From Octopus vulgaris (lineage: Eukaryota), in contig OX597833.1 of the NCBI GenBank assembly GCA_951406725.2, positions 18,972,001-19,036,000 of the forward strand: DNA of 64,000 nt, read 5' to 3'. The notes under the pieces are model-generated. The model saw nothing but the letters and a program-made list of their open reading frames with translations. It searched no databases and was not told the DNA's origin. Position numbers and translations under genes: made by a program. Positions 51,681 to 64,000 of the stretch are shown in pieces. Position 1 is the first letter of the stretch, and each line of letters starts with the position of its first letter.

Positions 51681-54600
51681 CTAGAAATTCACAAAATAAA
51701 GAGGAAATTCTTATATATAAAGATTTTAGAAAATAAAATATCTTTCAAAAGAAGCTATAATTCTATTCTAAAATCATCATGTTTAATGTCATAAAAGACA
51801 CATGGGCTTATTAGATGCATTCCAATTTCAGTAAAGCATACTTTGGGAAAAAAATTTTAGTGCACTAAAACTTATGGGAGGCTCATCTTCACATATAGGA
51901 CATAAGGCAATTTTTTTTGAGACATTTTGGGTGCAAATAGAAAGTGTGATGTATAATGCTATCAAATAAGGCAAGTGAAGTTATTTTCACGTGAGTGTCT
52001 GGCAACAAAATGTGAAACTAGAATTTTATACAGCAAATTGAGTTTTACTTGAAGTGTTAAACAAAACTACCAAAGCAATAAATATATTTGGGCAACAAAA
52101 AATATGCATATGGGCAGTAATTACATATAAAGAAATCTTAACATCTGGTAGCATTAATGAAAAGAAATAGGAGTATAAACATTTTTTTACTGTTGAGAAA
52201 TTTTTAATATCTAATCTATAGCATTTAATTTAGCTCAAATATTCTACTTGTTTTTTGGCCTCTCACACCTACCCTACAATGTCATACTAAAAATATACAA
52301 CCACATCATCAAAATCTTGAAACCATGAGATAATGCATGAGTAATTCAAAACAATGTGAATAAATAAGCATTACATGAGAATAATCTAAAATGCTAGGGG
52401 GTTAATTAGTGGTACCACTTTGAAATGCTCACTATTTAGAAAAGAATAAAACTTAGTTACTAAGAATTACTAAAATTCAAGAGAAATAACAGAGGTTTGC
52501 ATTACAGCAAGAGACAATACTGAAACAATAATAGCTGGAGTATGTTAATACTTCAAGAAGAATTGTTTTGGATTTATGAGTAATGTTCATAAGTGTTTTA
52601 ATATTAATTTTGATTTCGAATGGCTAAAATCAATTAGCACATACAACTGACATCAAACTAACTACTTACAAGAACCATTCCGACATTTTTTATTTTGAGA
52701 TGAAAAAACGGGCAAGCTGAAGAAATTTCTTATTTACAAAAACTTTATTCAAAAGTTTTGAATAAAGTCTTAAGTATTACTATGAGAAGGTCTGGGTACA
52801 TGGTAAACAAACTTTAACAGCAGATAACCCACTCAATATTCATTTCTTTTCAGATTTGACCCCTTAGAAATAAAAGAACTAAGCTAAGCTTTGAACAAAG
52901 AAAATTTATCCTATGCTACTGGAAGTTTGGAACCATAATAAAAGTTCAAAGACAGTTTAAGAGGAAGTTTCAGAAAAATCCACCTACGTGAATTAGCATC
53001 AATTAGTGATAAGTTTGAAGCAGATGGAACTGTTCAGAATGTCCACAAAATCATTTCAGAGGACAGTGGACACTGATGAATCTCAGCTTCTGTAATTATA
53101 ATTATATGAATGCAGAGATGCACATATTTCATTCCCCACATTTATACGTAACTAGTTCTCCTCTCCTTATGTCCACTTCCCTTTGTCATTCATTCATCTG
53201 ACAATCTCAATATCCACTTATCGTCATCATCATCACCATCACTTAACGTATGTTTTCCATGCTGTCATGGGTTGGATGGTTTGACCAGTGCTGACAAGCT
53301 GGGGAGTTGCACCAGACTCCAGTCTGACTTGGCACAGTTTCTATGGCTGGATGCCCTTCCTAACACCAACCACTTTACAGAGTATCACTATTACACATCA
53401 TCTCATATCAGCCCCTTTCTGACCCACTCCCGTTTCCTTCACTTTCCCCCAAAATGATATTCACCACTGACCATGCACCCTACCCTGTTTGCTGTCCACC
53501 ACATCGCCTGTATCTCCTTCTCTAACCATTTGCCACTCACCTCACACTCTTGTGAACTTGTCTGTTCCTCTATCCCAAACTACCTCACCTGTACCCTTCT
53601 GTCCCTATCCCCATCACATTGACCCTCTTCGACCTTGGAGGTACATTGTAACAGCTTATCATCACTCCCTTTTTCCTGCTATGGTAGCCATGTGTCTCTT
53701 CTATAGCAAGATACCTGCTGTTCTTATCCCCACCCCCAATCATACTCTTACCTTTCAAAATTTGGCATTAAGCCATCTCTTTCAATATTACAGCCCCTCC
53801 CAAACAACAGGGTCTTGTTTTGTGACCTATTCGGCAACCTCACTAGTGCTGGTAACATAAAAAGGCACCCAGCACACTCTGTAAAATGGTTGGCATTAGG
53901 AATCTTGTCCAACAATAGAAACCATTATTGACACTGGAGCTCAACACAGCCCTCCGATCTGTTGGATTCTGTTAGACTGTTCAACTCATGCCAGCATGGA
54001 ATACGAACAATAATGATGATGATGATGATGATGATGTGCATGTGTGTATGTATGCATGCACACACACATATATATACATACATGTAATAATTAATGGATG
54101 AAGAATGGCTAACAAGTGAAATCATTTTAGGAAGCAAGAAAAAATAAAAAGGTATCATGAGGGAGATATATATAAGGAAGAAATTGAGTAAGATGCCCAT
54201 TTGTGCATATATATATATACACACACATATGCACAGCGTTTGCAGAATTCAGTTTTGCAGTGGTGGGTGGGGCTTCTCAAGAACCTCATCTTGCCAGACA
54301 TCCCAGCCCCTTTCTCACCTCTTCTGTGAAGTACAAGGTCCTGAGATTAGTCTTCATCATTTTATTTTATGTTTTTTGGGGTTTCCTTCCTGACCCTCAA
54401 AAAGGATGAAGGCAGAGTCGACCTCAGTGGAATTTGAACTCAGAACATAAAGATGGATGAAATACTGCTATACATTTTGTCTAGCATGCTAACGATTTTG
54501 CCAGCTCGCTGATATAAGACTGGCTGATGAAAACTGATGACACAGAAGTACATGTGTCCCACAATCTGTCATTCATGGCCCAATGTGTTTTCACACACGT

Positions 54601-54771
54601 TGTCTGTGAGGAGAATTTTTTTATTTTAGCTGTGAAAGAGCTTCCTATGTCTGAGTATCCACAAATGTATTAATTAAGATTGTACACATGTATATTTTAT
54701 TCAACATTGCTTTGTGTGCCTCTTCTTAACATATATAGAGACATGTATGCATAGGCATGGCTGTAGGGTGA

Positions 54772-55140
54772 GAAACTTGCTTCCCAACCACATGGATCCG
54801 GGTTCAGTCCCACCACGTGGCACCTTGGACAAGTGCCTTCTATTATATCCTCGGGCTGACCAAAGCCTTGTGAGTGGACTTGGTAGAGGGAAATTGAAAG
54901 AAGCCCATTGTGTGCGTATGTGTGTGTCTGTGTTTGTCCCCCACTCCATCACCTCTTGACAACTGGTGTTAGTATGTTTACATCCCCATAACTTAGCAGT
55001 TCAGCAAAGAGACTGATAGAATAAGTACTAGGCTTACAAAGAATAAGTCCTGGAATCAATTTCTTTGACTAAAACCCTTTAAGGTGGTGCTCCAGCATGG
55101 CTGTAGTCAAATGACTGAAACAAGTAAAAGAATAAAAGAA
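54772..55140 (+). mobile_element. SINE A in USF3 intron 1
   Basis: Forward copy of family A. Confidence 0.88.
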
Positions 55141-57180
55141 TATATATACATATATATATATTAATTGCTGGCAAGGACACAGTATTTCATTTTGCAACCA
55201 TAATATACTACCAAGTATATTTACAAGTTTACAACTCAATATTGTGTCTTATTCTGTGTTAGCAGTGTGATATTCTCATTTTAAAGTTTATCTACAGAAT
55301 TCAGAACCAGCACAGCAAGTCACAGTGTTTCATCATCATCATCATCGTTTAATGTCCGCTTTCCATGCTGGCATGGGTTGGACGATTGACTGAGGATGGG
55401 TGAACCAGATGGCTGCACCAGGCTCAAATCTTGATCTGGCAGTTTCTACAGCAGGATGCCCTTCCTAAAGCCAACCACTCCGAGAGTGTAGTGGGTGTTT
55501 TTACGTGCCATCGATACGAGGACCAGTCAGGCGGTACTGGCAACGACCTCACTCAAATGTTTTTTCATGTGCCAGTAAGGCGACGCTGGTAACGATCACG
55601 CTCGAATGGTGCTTTTTACGTGCCACCAGCATGGAATCCAGTTAGCCGCATAAACGAAAATGTGTATGCTTACATAGACATCAAAGATTTCTATCTTAGA
55701 TCACATTGTTTACATTGGCTTACCAGCTGCTGTCTAACTGTCCAACCCATGTTAGTATGGAAATGAAAGTTAAATGATAATGATGATGATGACGATAACG
55801 TCATTAATGGATACCTGCTGCTGATGAGGTGCAAAGAACGCTGAAACCATGTGATACAGCAGTTCCACAACAAATGCAGGACAGTTCTTCCTCAAAGTCC
55901 ATCTCTTGACCACATCGTGGTGGGAAGGTTAAAGGAGTGAGTGTCAGAGCTATGCCATCAAGGACTTTGAGTCCCTGGTAGGACCACCAAAGGCGGACAG
56001 GTCTGGCAGTGGCGGCACCAGGGCAGCAACCCAGCTCACTGGAGGACAATGGTGAGTTTCAGGCAGCATCTGTTCTGGAATCCATTGGCTTCCTGGTGGC
56101 CCTGGATCACATCTGCAGGCATCCTGCAGCAAGAAGGCATAACACAAGGATGACCTGCCACCAGGTGTGTATGGTGGCTTACAAATACAGATGGGAACTG
56201 TTTTCACAGACTCTGCTCATCCTTTGAAACTCCTATGAACTCACCTGTGATGCAGTGAACTGAATAGGAGCTGGCTTAAGCCCTCTCAGGTGAATGCCAT
56301 TACAACAACAATACTGGACAGTTCCCATCTGTTACTGCTATTTCTGCGCTTCTGTGTGTTAAACATCTATGCGAGAGACTTTCTCAGGACAAATGCTGCA
56401 GCATTATGGCATTCCAATAAAGTAGGATATAAAGACTGTCACCCAGTAATAATCCTTTCTACTATAGGTACAGGCCTGAAATTTGGGGTAAGGGATAGTC
56501 GACTACATTGACCACAGTACTTGACTGATACTTATTTTATTGACCCTAGAAAGGATGAAAAGTAAAGTTGACCTCGGCAGAATTTGAACTCAGAACGTAA
56601 AGATGGATGAAATACCACTACGCATTTTGCCCGGTGTACTAACAATTCTGCCAGCTCATGCCTTAATAATAATAGTAATAATAATGAATATGATAATAAT
56701 ATAATCCTTTCTACCAAAGGCACAAGAACTGAAATTTTGGGGGTGGGGAACACTCAATTACAATGACCCCAATGTTTCACTGGTAACTTAGTTTGTCAAC
56801 CCCGTTGAACTCAGAACATAAAGATGGACAAAATACTGCTAAGTATTTTGTCTGGCGAGCTAACGGTTCTGCCAGCTTGCCACCTTTTAAACAGTATGTA
56901 TGGGATGGCACTAGTGGTTTCAAGGTTAGGAAGAGCTTAGCAGTAAGATTCAGTCTAAACGAAGTAACCACACAGCTAAACCCACACACGCATTCAGTAA
57001 TGATGCAACCTCCATCGCTAATATCTGACATAAGTTAGTTTGTTTCAAGCACATAAAGTCATTAGGCTGGAGTTTATTTTCGTTTCTGGAGTGTAGAAGC
57101 AATTGGGAGTACAGGACAGGATGCCTGTCTGCCAGTTAGCCACAATGTTATGCCCAGCTACTGCTGGAACTTGCTTTTAA

Positions 57181-57400
57181 CCCTTTCGTTACCAACCTGC
57201 TGAAACCGCCTCTGATTCTGTAGTACAAATGTCTTGTTTTCAAAAGTTCTGAATTAAAATGTTCCACCAAACCTTAGTCACAATTTATGTTCCTAACACT
57301 AGCTTAATGATAACTAAGTTATTTTACTAAATTCTTTGTTATATTTAAAGTAATTGAAAGAAACACAGAGCACCGCAAAATAAATATGGTAATGAAAGGG
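57181..57400. mobile_element. TTAA-flanked MITE, second family; a relative at about 60.5-60.9 kb
   Basis: TTAA|ccctttcgttacca ... tggtaatgaaaggg|TTAA. Confidence 0.85.
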
Positions 57401-58947
57401 TTAATTGAATAGACTGGTATATCCTGACATGACACAATGCTTTCTGTCTGGTTCATGAAATGGACCTAACACTCTACAATCATGAGTTCAACACCATCTT
57501 CATCATTAGACTACACACCATCATACTTATACGGTGTCTGTCTATCCACATGCATGTCTGACTCTGTGACTCCGTACAGACACTGTACTAGGGCTGTGGT
57601 AATGATTGTGCACACGGTTACATAAACAAGATAGCTAACCACTTGACTGTATGATGTTTGAAAGACCAGTCAAATTAAGTATAGAATAGACTCAAGAAGT
57701 CTCATTTAAACCATACCTATTTCTTTATTACCCACAAGGGGCTAAACATAGAGGGGACAAACAAGGATAGACATAGGTATTAAGTTGATTACATCGACCC
57801 CAGTGCGTAACTGGTACTTAATTTATCGACCCCGAAAGGATGAAAGGTAAAGTTGACCTTGGTGGAATTTGAACTCACAACATAACGGCAGACGAAACAC
57901 CGCAAAGCATTTCGCCCGGCGTGCTAACAATTCTGCCAGCTCACCGCCTTTAAATCATACCACCTTGGAAAAAGCAGATACAAAAACAATCAGGATAATG
58001 ATGATGAAGACTCGGATGTACATCAAGATTATGATTAATAATTTTCCAATATAAATCAATTATTAATCTAAACAAATATCCTCGCAAAGTAATTGCTCGC
58101 TGTTAGTTAATTCACAGATATTGGATACGGGTTTAATTAAAAAATTTTTCACAATTTGTAACAAATGAATATCATTATAAAATTTCTATTGTAGCCCAGA
58201 ACATTTCATTCTATAATAATCAAGTCTAACCAAATATATAGTTGATTACAATTTAAACCCTAAGCATTTAAACTAGTCATATGTGGCTGAAATTTTTGAT
58301 ATGATTTATGTTTTTTATATAATATTAATATTAAACTCAACCACCTTTAAATAATAAAAATTAATTTAAATAAAATTATCCTCTCAATGTAAGTGAGACA
58401 CATTACAGTTATATTCATTTCAAAACAGCTAGATCTGACTTCTTACACCTACCCTACAATGTCATTTTAAAAATAAAAAGCATATTATCAAAATCTCAAA
58501 CCTACAAGATTAGTTAAAAAATAATCCTTTCTCCTTTAGGCAAAAGGCTTGAAATTTTAAGGGAGGGGAAAATTACTCAAGGAGACCCATCCACAAAAGC
58601 AGAATCGATATCCTAAACCACCTTGCTTAATGCTCCCTTCCTAGCTGAAGGGGTTTTTGTCTTAGAAGTTACTTGGTGACCTTGTTGGTGCTGATGCCAT
58701 GTGAAAAGCACCGGTGCTGGTGCCACATAAAAAGTACTCCTGCTGGTGTCACATTACATGAAACCCAGTGCTCAACTGACACTTATTTCATTGACCCAAA
58801 AGGATGAAAGACAAAGTCAACCTCAGCAGAATTTGAACTCAGAATGTAAAGATGGATGAAAACGCTAAGCATTTTGTCTGGCATAACAGTAATCTGAAAG
58901 CTAAAGGCTCAAAACTAATGGTTAAAAAGCTTGTAAAAGTTCAATTA

Positions 58948-59346
58948 TCTATATATATATAAAGCTGAAGTTGTCTGTGTATGGCAGGTTTGGTAGCCTT
59001 CAACTAACACTATCTCCTCCAAGACCCTGCGGCGCAAGTTGACCAAAATTGAGAGTATAATAGAAGAAGGGTTGCTCTTCCTTCCGTAGAAGAAAAAATT
59101 CAAATCGGACCATGTTAGGACCAAAAATTATTTACATCAAAAAGGTGCTTTTTTTCTATGAAAATCCCTATTTTTTAACGATTTTTTGACTGCTGTGTTG
59201 CCATTTTTTGGTGTATTTCAACCAGAAAAATGTTCACTTAAAGAGAATAACAAGCTGCATAATGCAAAATTTTTACTTTTCAAAAATTCCAATTCTAAAG
59301 GGTCGAAAAGAAAACAAGCCCAAGCAACGCTGGGCTATACTGCTAG
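58948..59346 (+). mobile_element. Non-autonomous Helitron (399 bp)
   Basis: A|TC 5' end, CTAG|T 3' end, GC-rich hairpin agcccaagc-aac-gctgggct (59317-59336) just upstream of the end, no TSD. Confidence 0.85.
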
Positions 59347-59436
59347 TTTAATGACAAACACAAAATGACTTATCAAATGTTTTGATAAATTCAGACATAA
59401 ATTCAATTCGCAAAGAATCTCTGTACACACACTTAC

Positions 59437-59477
59437 CTTTCTATTGTTGATTGAGTAATTTTGAACCTATTTTCCAT
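59437..59477 (-). CDS. USF3: USF3-like gene, probable first coding exon (MENRFKITQSTIE-S)
   Basis: ATG at 59477, open frame, strong donor AG|GTAAGT after 59437. The phase-2 end matches the phase-2 start of the next exon. No sequence homology supports this short piece. Confidence 0.65.
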
Positions 59478-60019
59478 CTTTGTTCTAAAAAGCCATGTCA
59501 CATCTACATATTAGCAATGTACTTTCGCCTGCTGCATACATCAATAGTCTGCAATGGACAGGGTGCCTTATAAGTTGCACTATTCATTGTTTTATGCAGA
59601 AATAACATTTTATCAACAGAAAAAAAAAGGGGTTGAAAAAAACATATTACTAGATTTGAAGAAATAATTCAATGAAAAAGAATCTAAGTTTCCAAAGACT
59701 GATTTTGGTTGGAATATGAAAATGAGAAACATTTGACAATAAACAATCGAACAGTTCTTGTAACATACAAAAGGGACTTGAATTAACCCTCTTGGGGCAC
59801 CCAGGCCAATTGATCAGCCCAAGTGATACAAGCTGAAAAGACTCTGAGGCTGATCCATCAGCCCGATGAAACAAATGTTTTGAAGTGTAATAGCTAGAGA
59901 TCATATTTCAGTAGATAAAATATAAAACTATATAATATATGGAGATGTACTTGCATAGCAAGTGACCTGATCTGAGATCGTATGCCGGAACGAAAACAAT
60001 TGCAGCGTGGAAGTTGTTA

Positions 60020-60226
60020 GTAAGCCATTTAAGAAACATACAAAAACTGTTAGATTCACTTCAACATTTAAATTTAATTTGCCAAAATATTTTCGTCGCT
60101 TTGAGACCGCGACCGTTCATTGATGCAGCACGGAATTTTGTCAGTGAAGAGGTCACAGTCTCAAAGCGCCGAAAATATTTTGGCAAATTAAATTTAATGG
60201 TTTTTGTGTGTTTCTTAAATGGCTTA
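60020..60226. repeat. Long imperfect foldback (about 90-100 bp arms)
   Basis: taagccatttaagaaac...tttgccaaaatattttcgtcgctttgagac mirrored by gtctcaaagcgccgaaaatattttggcaaa...gtttcttaaatggctta. Confidence 0.9.
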
Positions 60227-61117
60227 TATAATATACGTAGTTTCCCATACTAATAAAGTAGTTTTAGACACTTTATCCTTTTGTTTTCTACAAGCACCCA
60301 TCATTTACAATCTCAACAGGAAAAAACATTTTGGTCTTTTTGGCTGCACATACCAAAACAGTGTATGTCTCAAAAGGATCAATAAAGAGATTGTCACAAA
60401 CTGCCAGCAAGACACGACAGGAAATTTTGTAAAAGTACTACTTGGATGTTCTCTGTGTGAAACGTTACCCAGCCTTATTTTATCCTTCTGATATGAACCC
60501 ATCTGATACTGCCTCTGGTTTTATGACACAAACTTCCTGTTTTGAAGTGATTTACAGTAAAGTCTCTCCATCAAAATTTCATGTTAATTCATGTTCCAAC
60601 CACTGAATTAATAATAATGATTTCAAATTTTGGCACAAGGCCAGCAAGTTTGAGAGAAGGGGTGAGTTGTTTACATTGACCCCAGTGTTCCAGTGGTACT
60701 TGCAAAGTCAACCTTGGTGGAACTTGAACTCAGAACATAAGGACAGATGTAATAGCACTATGCATTTTGCCTGAAATGCTAATGATTCTGCCAGCTCACT
60801 ACCTTACCACTGGATTAATAACGGTAAAGATATTTGACTAAACTCTTCATTATTTTTTAAATTAACTGAGACAAAAGCAATATATTTTCAACAGAAATAT
60901 GCTAATGAAAGGATTAATGGTGTGTTGATATATTCTTCAACAGTTATAGGCATAGGAGTGGCTGTGTGGTAAGTAGCTTGCTTACGAACCACATGGTTCC
61001 GGGTTTGGTCCCACTGCATGGCACCTTAGGCAAGTGTTTTCTATTATAGCCTCGGGCTGACCAAAGCCTTGTGAGTGGATTTGGTAGACGGAAACTGAAA
61101 GAAGCCCATCGTATATA

Positions 61118-61160
<43 letters not shown>

Positions 61161-63784
61161 TTGTGTATCTGTGTTCGTTCTCCCAACATCGCTTGACAAC
61201 CAATGCTGATGTGTTTACATCCTCGTAATTTAGCGGTTCAGCAAAAGAGACCGACAGAATAAGTACTAGGCTCGATTTGCTCGACTAAAAGGTGGTGCTC
61301 CAGCATGGCCACAGTCAAATGACTGAAACAAGTAAAGGAGTAATGAAGTACTTAGATCAAGTGTCGAAGAAGGCAAACAAGAACACACTACATTATCTTC
61401 TTGGGTCATTTTAAAGACATTAAATTTTCTCAAAGTTAGAAAATGAAAATAAGACATACAGTTGAACAATTGTCCTGGGAAGCAAATGCATATTTTATAA
61501 AAACAAACACAACATTATTGAAAGCCGAGGGGGAAATGTTTGTTAATCAATCTGCATTGTTATCTGATTTTTACAAATATCTATTTTAAACCTTTTAGCG
61601 TTCAGATTACTCAGTGAAATTTAATGCTTATTTATTCACATTGTTTTGAATTAATCATGCATTACCTCACAGCCTTGAGACTTCAGTGGTGTGATTGCTT
61701 ATTTTTAGAACAGCATTTCAGGATAGGTGTGAGGGGCTGGATCCAGTCAATTTGAATGTAAAACTGGTAGAATATTTTGGGCCAGATATGCTAAAGAATT
61801 AAACTACCAATGATTTTGTAACAGAGACAAAAACCAAGGCTTTTTTTAATCCCCCAGAAATATATTTTGGAAAAAAAAATTTTTTTTTTAAAATACAATT
61901 AATAAAACTAATGAATTTGGACGTAGTTAAAAAATACGATATGCTGAATTTAAATATTTTTCCTGTTAATGAAAGATATTTAAAAGTGATCTGAGATCTG
62001 TAATACTGCACTTCTACATTTCATTCCGGAAGCAACACACACACACACACACAGGTGTAGAGACATGGCTGTGTGATTAAGAAGCTGGCTTTGCAACCAC
62101 ATGGGTTCCATGGCATCTTGGAAAGTGTCACCTATTATAACACTTGGCTTGACCAATATCTAGTGAGTGAATGTGGTAGATAAAGCTCATCATATACACA
62201 GAGAGAGATCCAATAGAATAAGTACAAGGTTTAAAAACAAAAAACAAAGCACTGGGGTTGATGTGTTCAATTAAAAACCCTTCAAGGTGGTGCTCCAGCA
62301 TGACCACAGTGAAATGACTGAAACAAGTAAAAAAATAAAAGATAAAGGTATATAATGTTTTCTTACAATTTCCTCTATACTTTTCTCCATACATACATAT
62401 GTATGCATATATATGCACACACACACACACAACATAGCAGGACCAATATGAAGAGAGAAATGCTTAAATATTGAGGTGAAGATTTTTTTTAGTCCATCAT
62501 TGTCAAAAGATAACCACATATATATATATTTGCCAACAAATACACTGAAATGAGACATGAACACCACAAAAAGGAGGAGTCCTAGGGTACTCTGGATACC
62601 TTGAGAATACATTGGTTTTATATATATATCATCATCATCGATTAACGTCCGTTCTCCATGCTAGCATGGGTTGGACGGTTCGACTGGGGATCTGGGAAGC
62701 CAAAAGGCTGCACCAGGCTCCAGTCTGATCTGGCAGTTTCTACAGCTGGATGCCCTTCCTAACACCAACCAGGAAGGGCATCCAGCTGTAGAAACACTGC
62801 CAGATCAGATATATATATAACCATGATAGATCGTTAACCACTATACACATTTTTTTTCTCTCCTTGTTTTTTCTGTGTACCTTTCTGTAGAAGAGCATAG
62901 GCTCGAAACGTAAAAGACTTTTTCTATTCCTGAGCATTATACTAATACATCCGTTTGTCTTGTACACCACCTGTCTTCGTCTTTTGTTTTTGTTTGTAAA
63001 CTCTCCCTATATATATATAACAGGACCAATATTAAGAATGAGAGAGATCCTTAAATGTTGAGGTGAAGATTTTTTTTAGTCCATCATTGTTGAGGTGAGG
63101 AAATGAGACATGAATACTCCAAAAAGGGAGCATCCTAGGGTGTTCTGGACACTGTGAGCATGTATCAGCTGTCTGCCAGATGATTAAAGAAACGAAGAGG
63201 AACAACCCTCTTTCAGTAATATGGTTAGATTTTGTCAAAGCTTGTTTATGTGTGTCCTACCAGCTTACTCAAAGTGCATTGGAGTACTAGCAAGTACTAT
63301 TGCTTTTGTACATGGATTCATTGAAGATGAGGTTCACTGAGGGAAATTTCACCACCAAATGGCAGACCCAAGAAGGTATTATGGCAAGGCACACAATAAC
63401 CATGGTCCTGTTTCTAGCTGCTGTGACCCTACAGCTAGAGGTGGGAAGAATGCAGTCTGGAGGCCCAGAAACTGATGAATATACAAGGCTTGCAATCTAC
63501 AGGAACTTCAGGCACTGGCATAACTGTGTGGTTAAGAAGCTCACTTTGCAACTGTACGGTCTGGGGTTCAATCTCATTGTGCAGTATCTTGGGTAAATGT
63601 CTTCAAATACAGCTCTGGGCCAACCAATACCTTGCAAATAAGAATCTGTGTGTGTGTGCGCGTGATCCTCACTACCACTTAACAACTGGTGTTAGTTTAT
63701 TTAGGTCCCTATAATATAGCAGTTCAGCAAAAGAGATTGATAGAGTACAAGATTTTAAAATAAGTATTGTGGTAGATTTGTATT

Positions 63785-63985
63785 TCACAGTTCTATATTT
63801 AAGAGATGAGGAATTATGTGCGTTATTTACAATTGACGGATATTTGTCCTCATCTTGTTTGTTGTTAAGACAGCATTTCAGCTGATATACCCTCCAGCTT
63901 TCATCGGGTGTCTTGGGGAAATTTCGAACCTGGGTTCTCATTCCTAAGGTATTTTTCGATGTTGTTGTTGTTATTATTATTATTC
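63785..63985 (-). mobile_element. Penelope-like short repeat with a degenerate minimal hammerhead; fragments of the same family at about 16080-16225 and 39900
   Basis: Minus strand acac-CCGATGA-aagctg..cagct-GAAA-tgct-gtct. The copy at 16150 keeps cagct-GAAACGTT-gtgt. Confidence 0.55.
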
Positions 63986-64000
63986 AGGTTACTGTCTGGA

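Noticed and set aside
54520-54580. Tandem CTGATGA motifs (another on the minus strand at about 6311-6317)
   Set aside because: No correctly placed GAAA and stems, so they were not called hammerheads.

Overview
Eukaryotic, AT-rich, repeat-saturated DNA. The SINE families, (GAT)n-tailed RTE LINEs and microsatellite load suggest an octopus or other coleoid cephalopod; this is an inference from recalled repeat types, not a search. One host gene can be rebuilt on the minus strand: a USF3/KIAA2018-like bHLH-ZIP factor with 5 phase-compatible coding exons (59477-59437, 51680-51554, 47465-47369, 41008-40925, 38137-31356), about 2376 aa, ending in a 6.8 kb exon. Everything else is intron or intergenic DNA filled with tRNA-derived SINEs, RTE/CR1/Tx1-like LINE remnants, mariner/Tc1/pogo remnants, TTAA MITEs, one non-autonomous Helitron and large microsatellites. 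Almost all short ORFs in the track are repeat noise. Most interesting: (1) two diverged, oppositely oriented type I hammerhead ribozymes in short TA-flanked elements at about 3.24-3.94 kb, plus other hammerhead-like relics; (2) a chain of phase-compatible orphan exons downstream of the giant exon that could make a short alternative USF3 isoform; (3) an SSX2IP/ADIP-like fragment trapped between RTE pieces; (4) a PHD-type finger inside an RTE reverse transcriptase.
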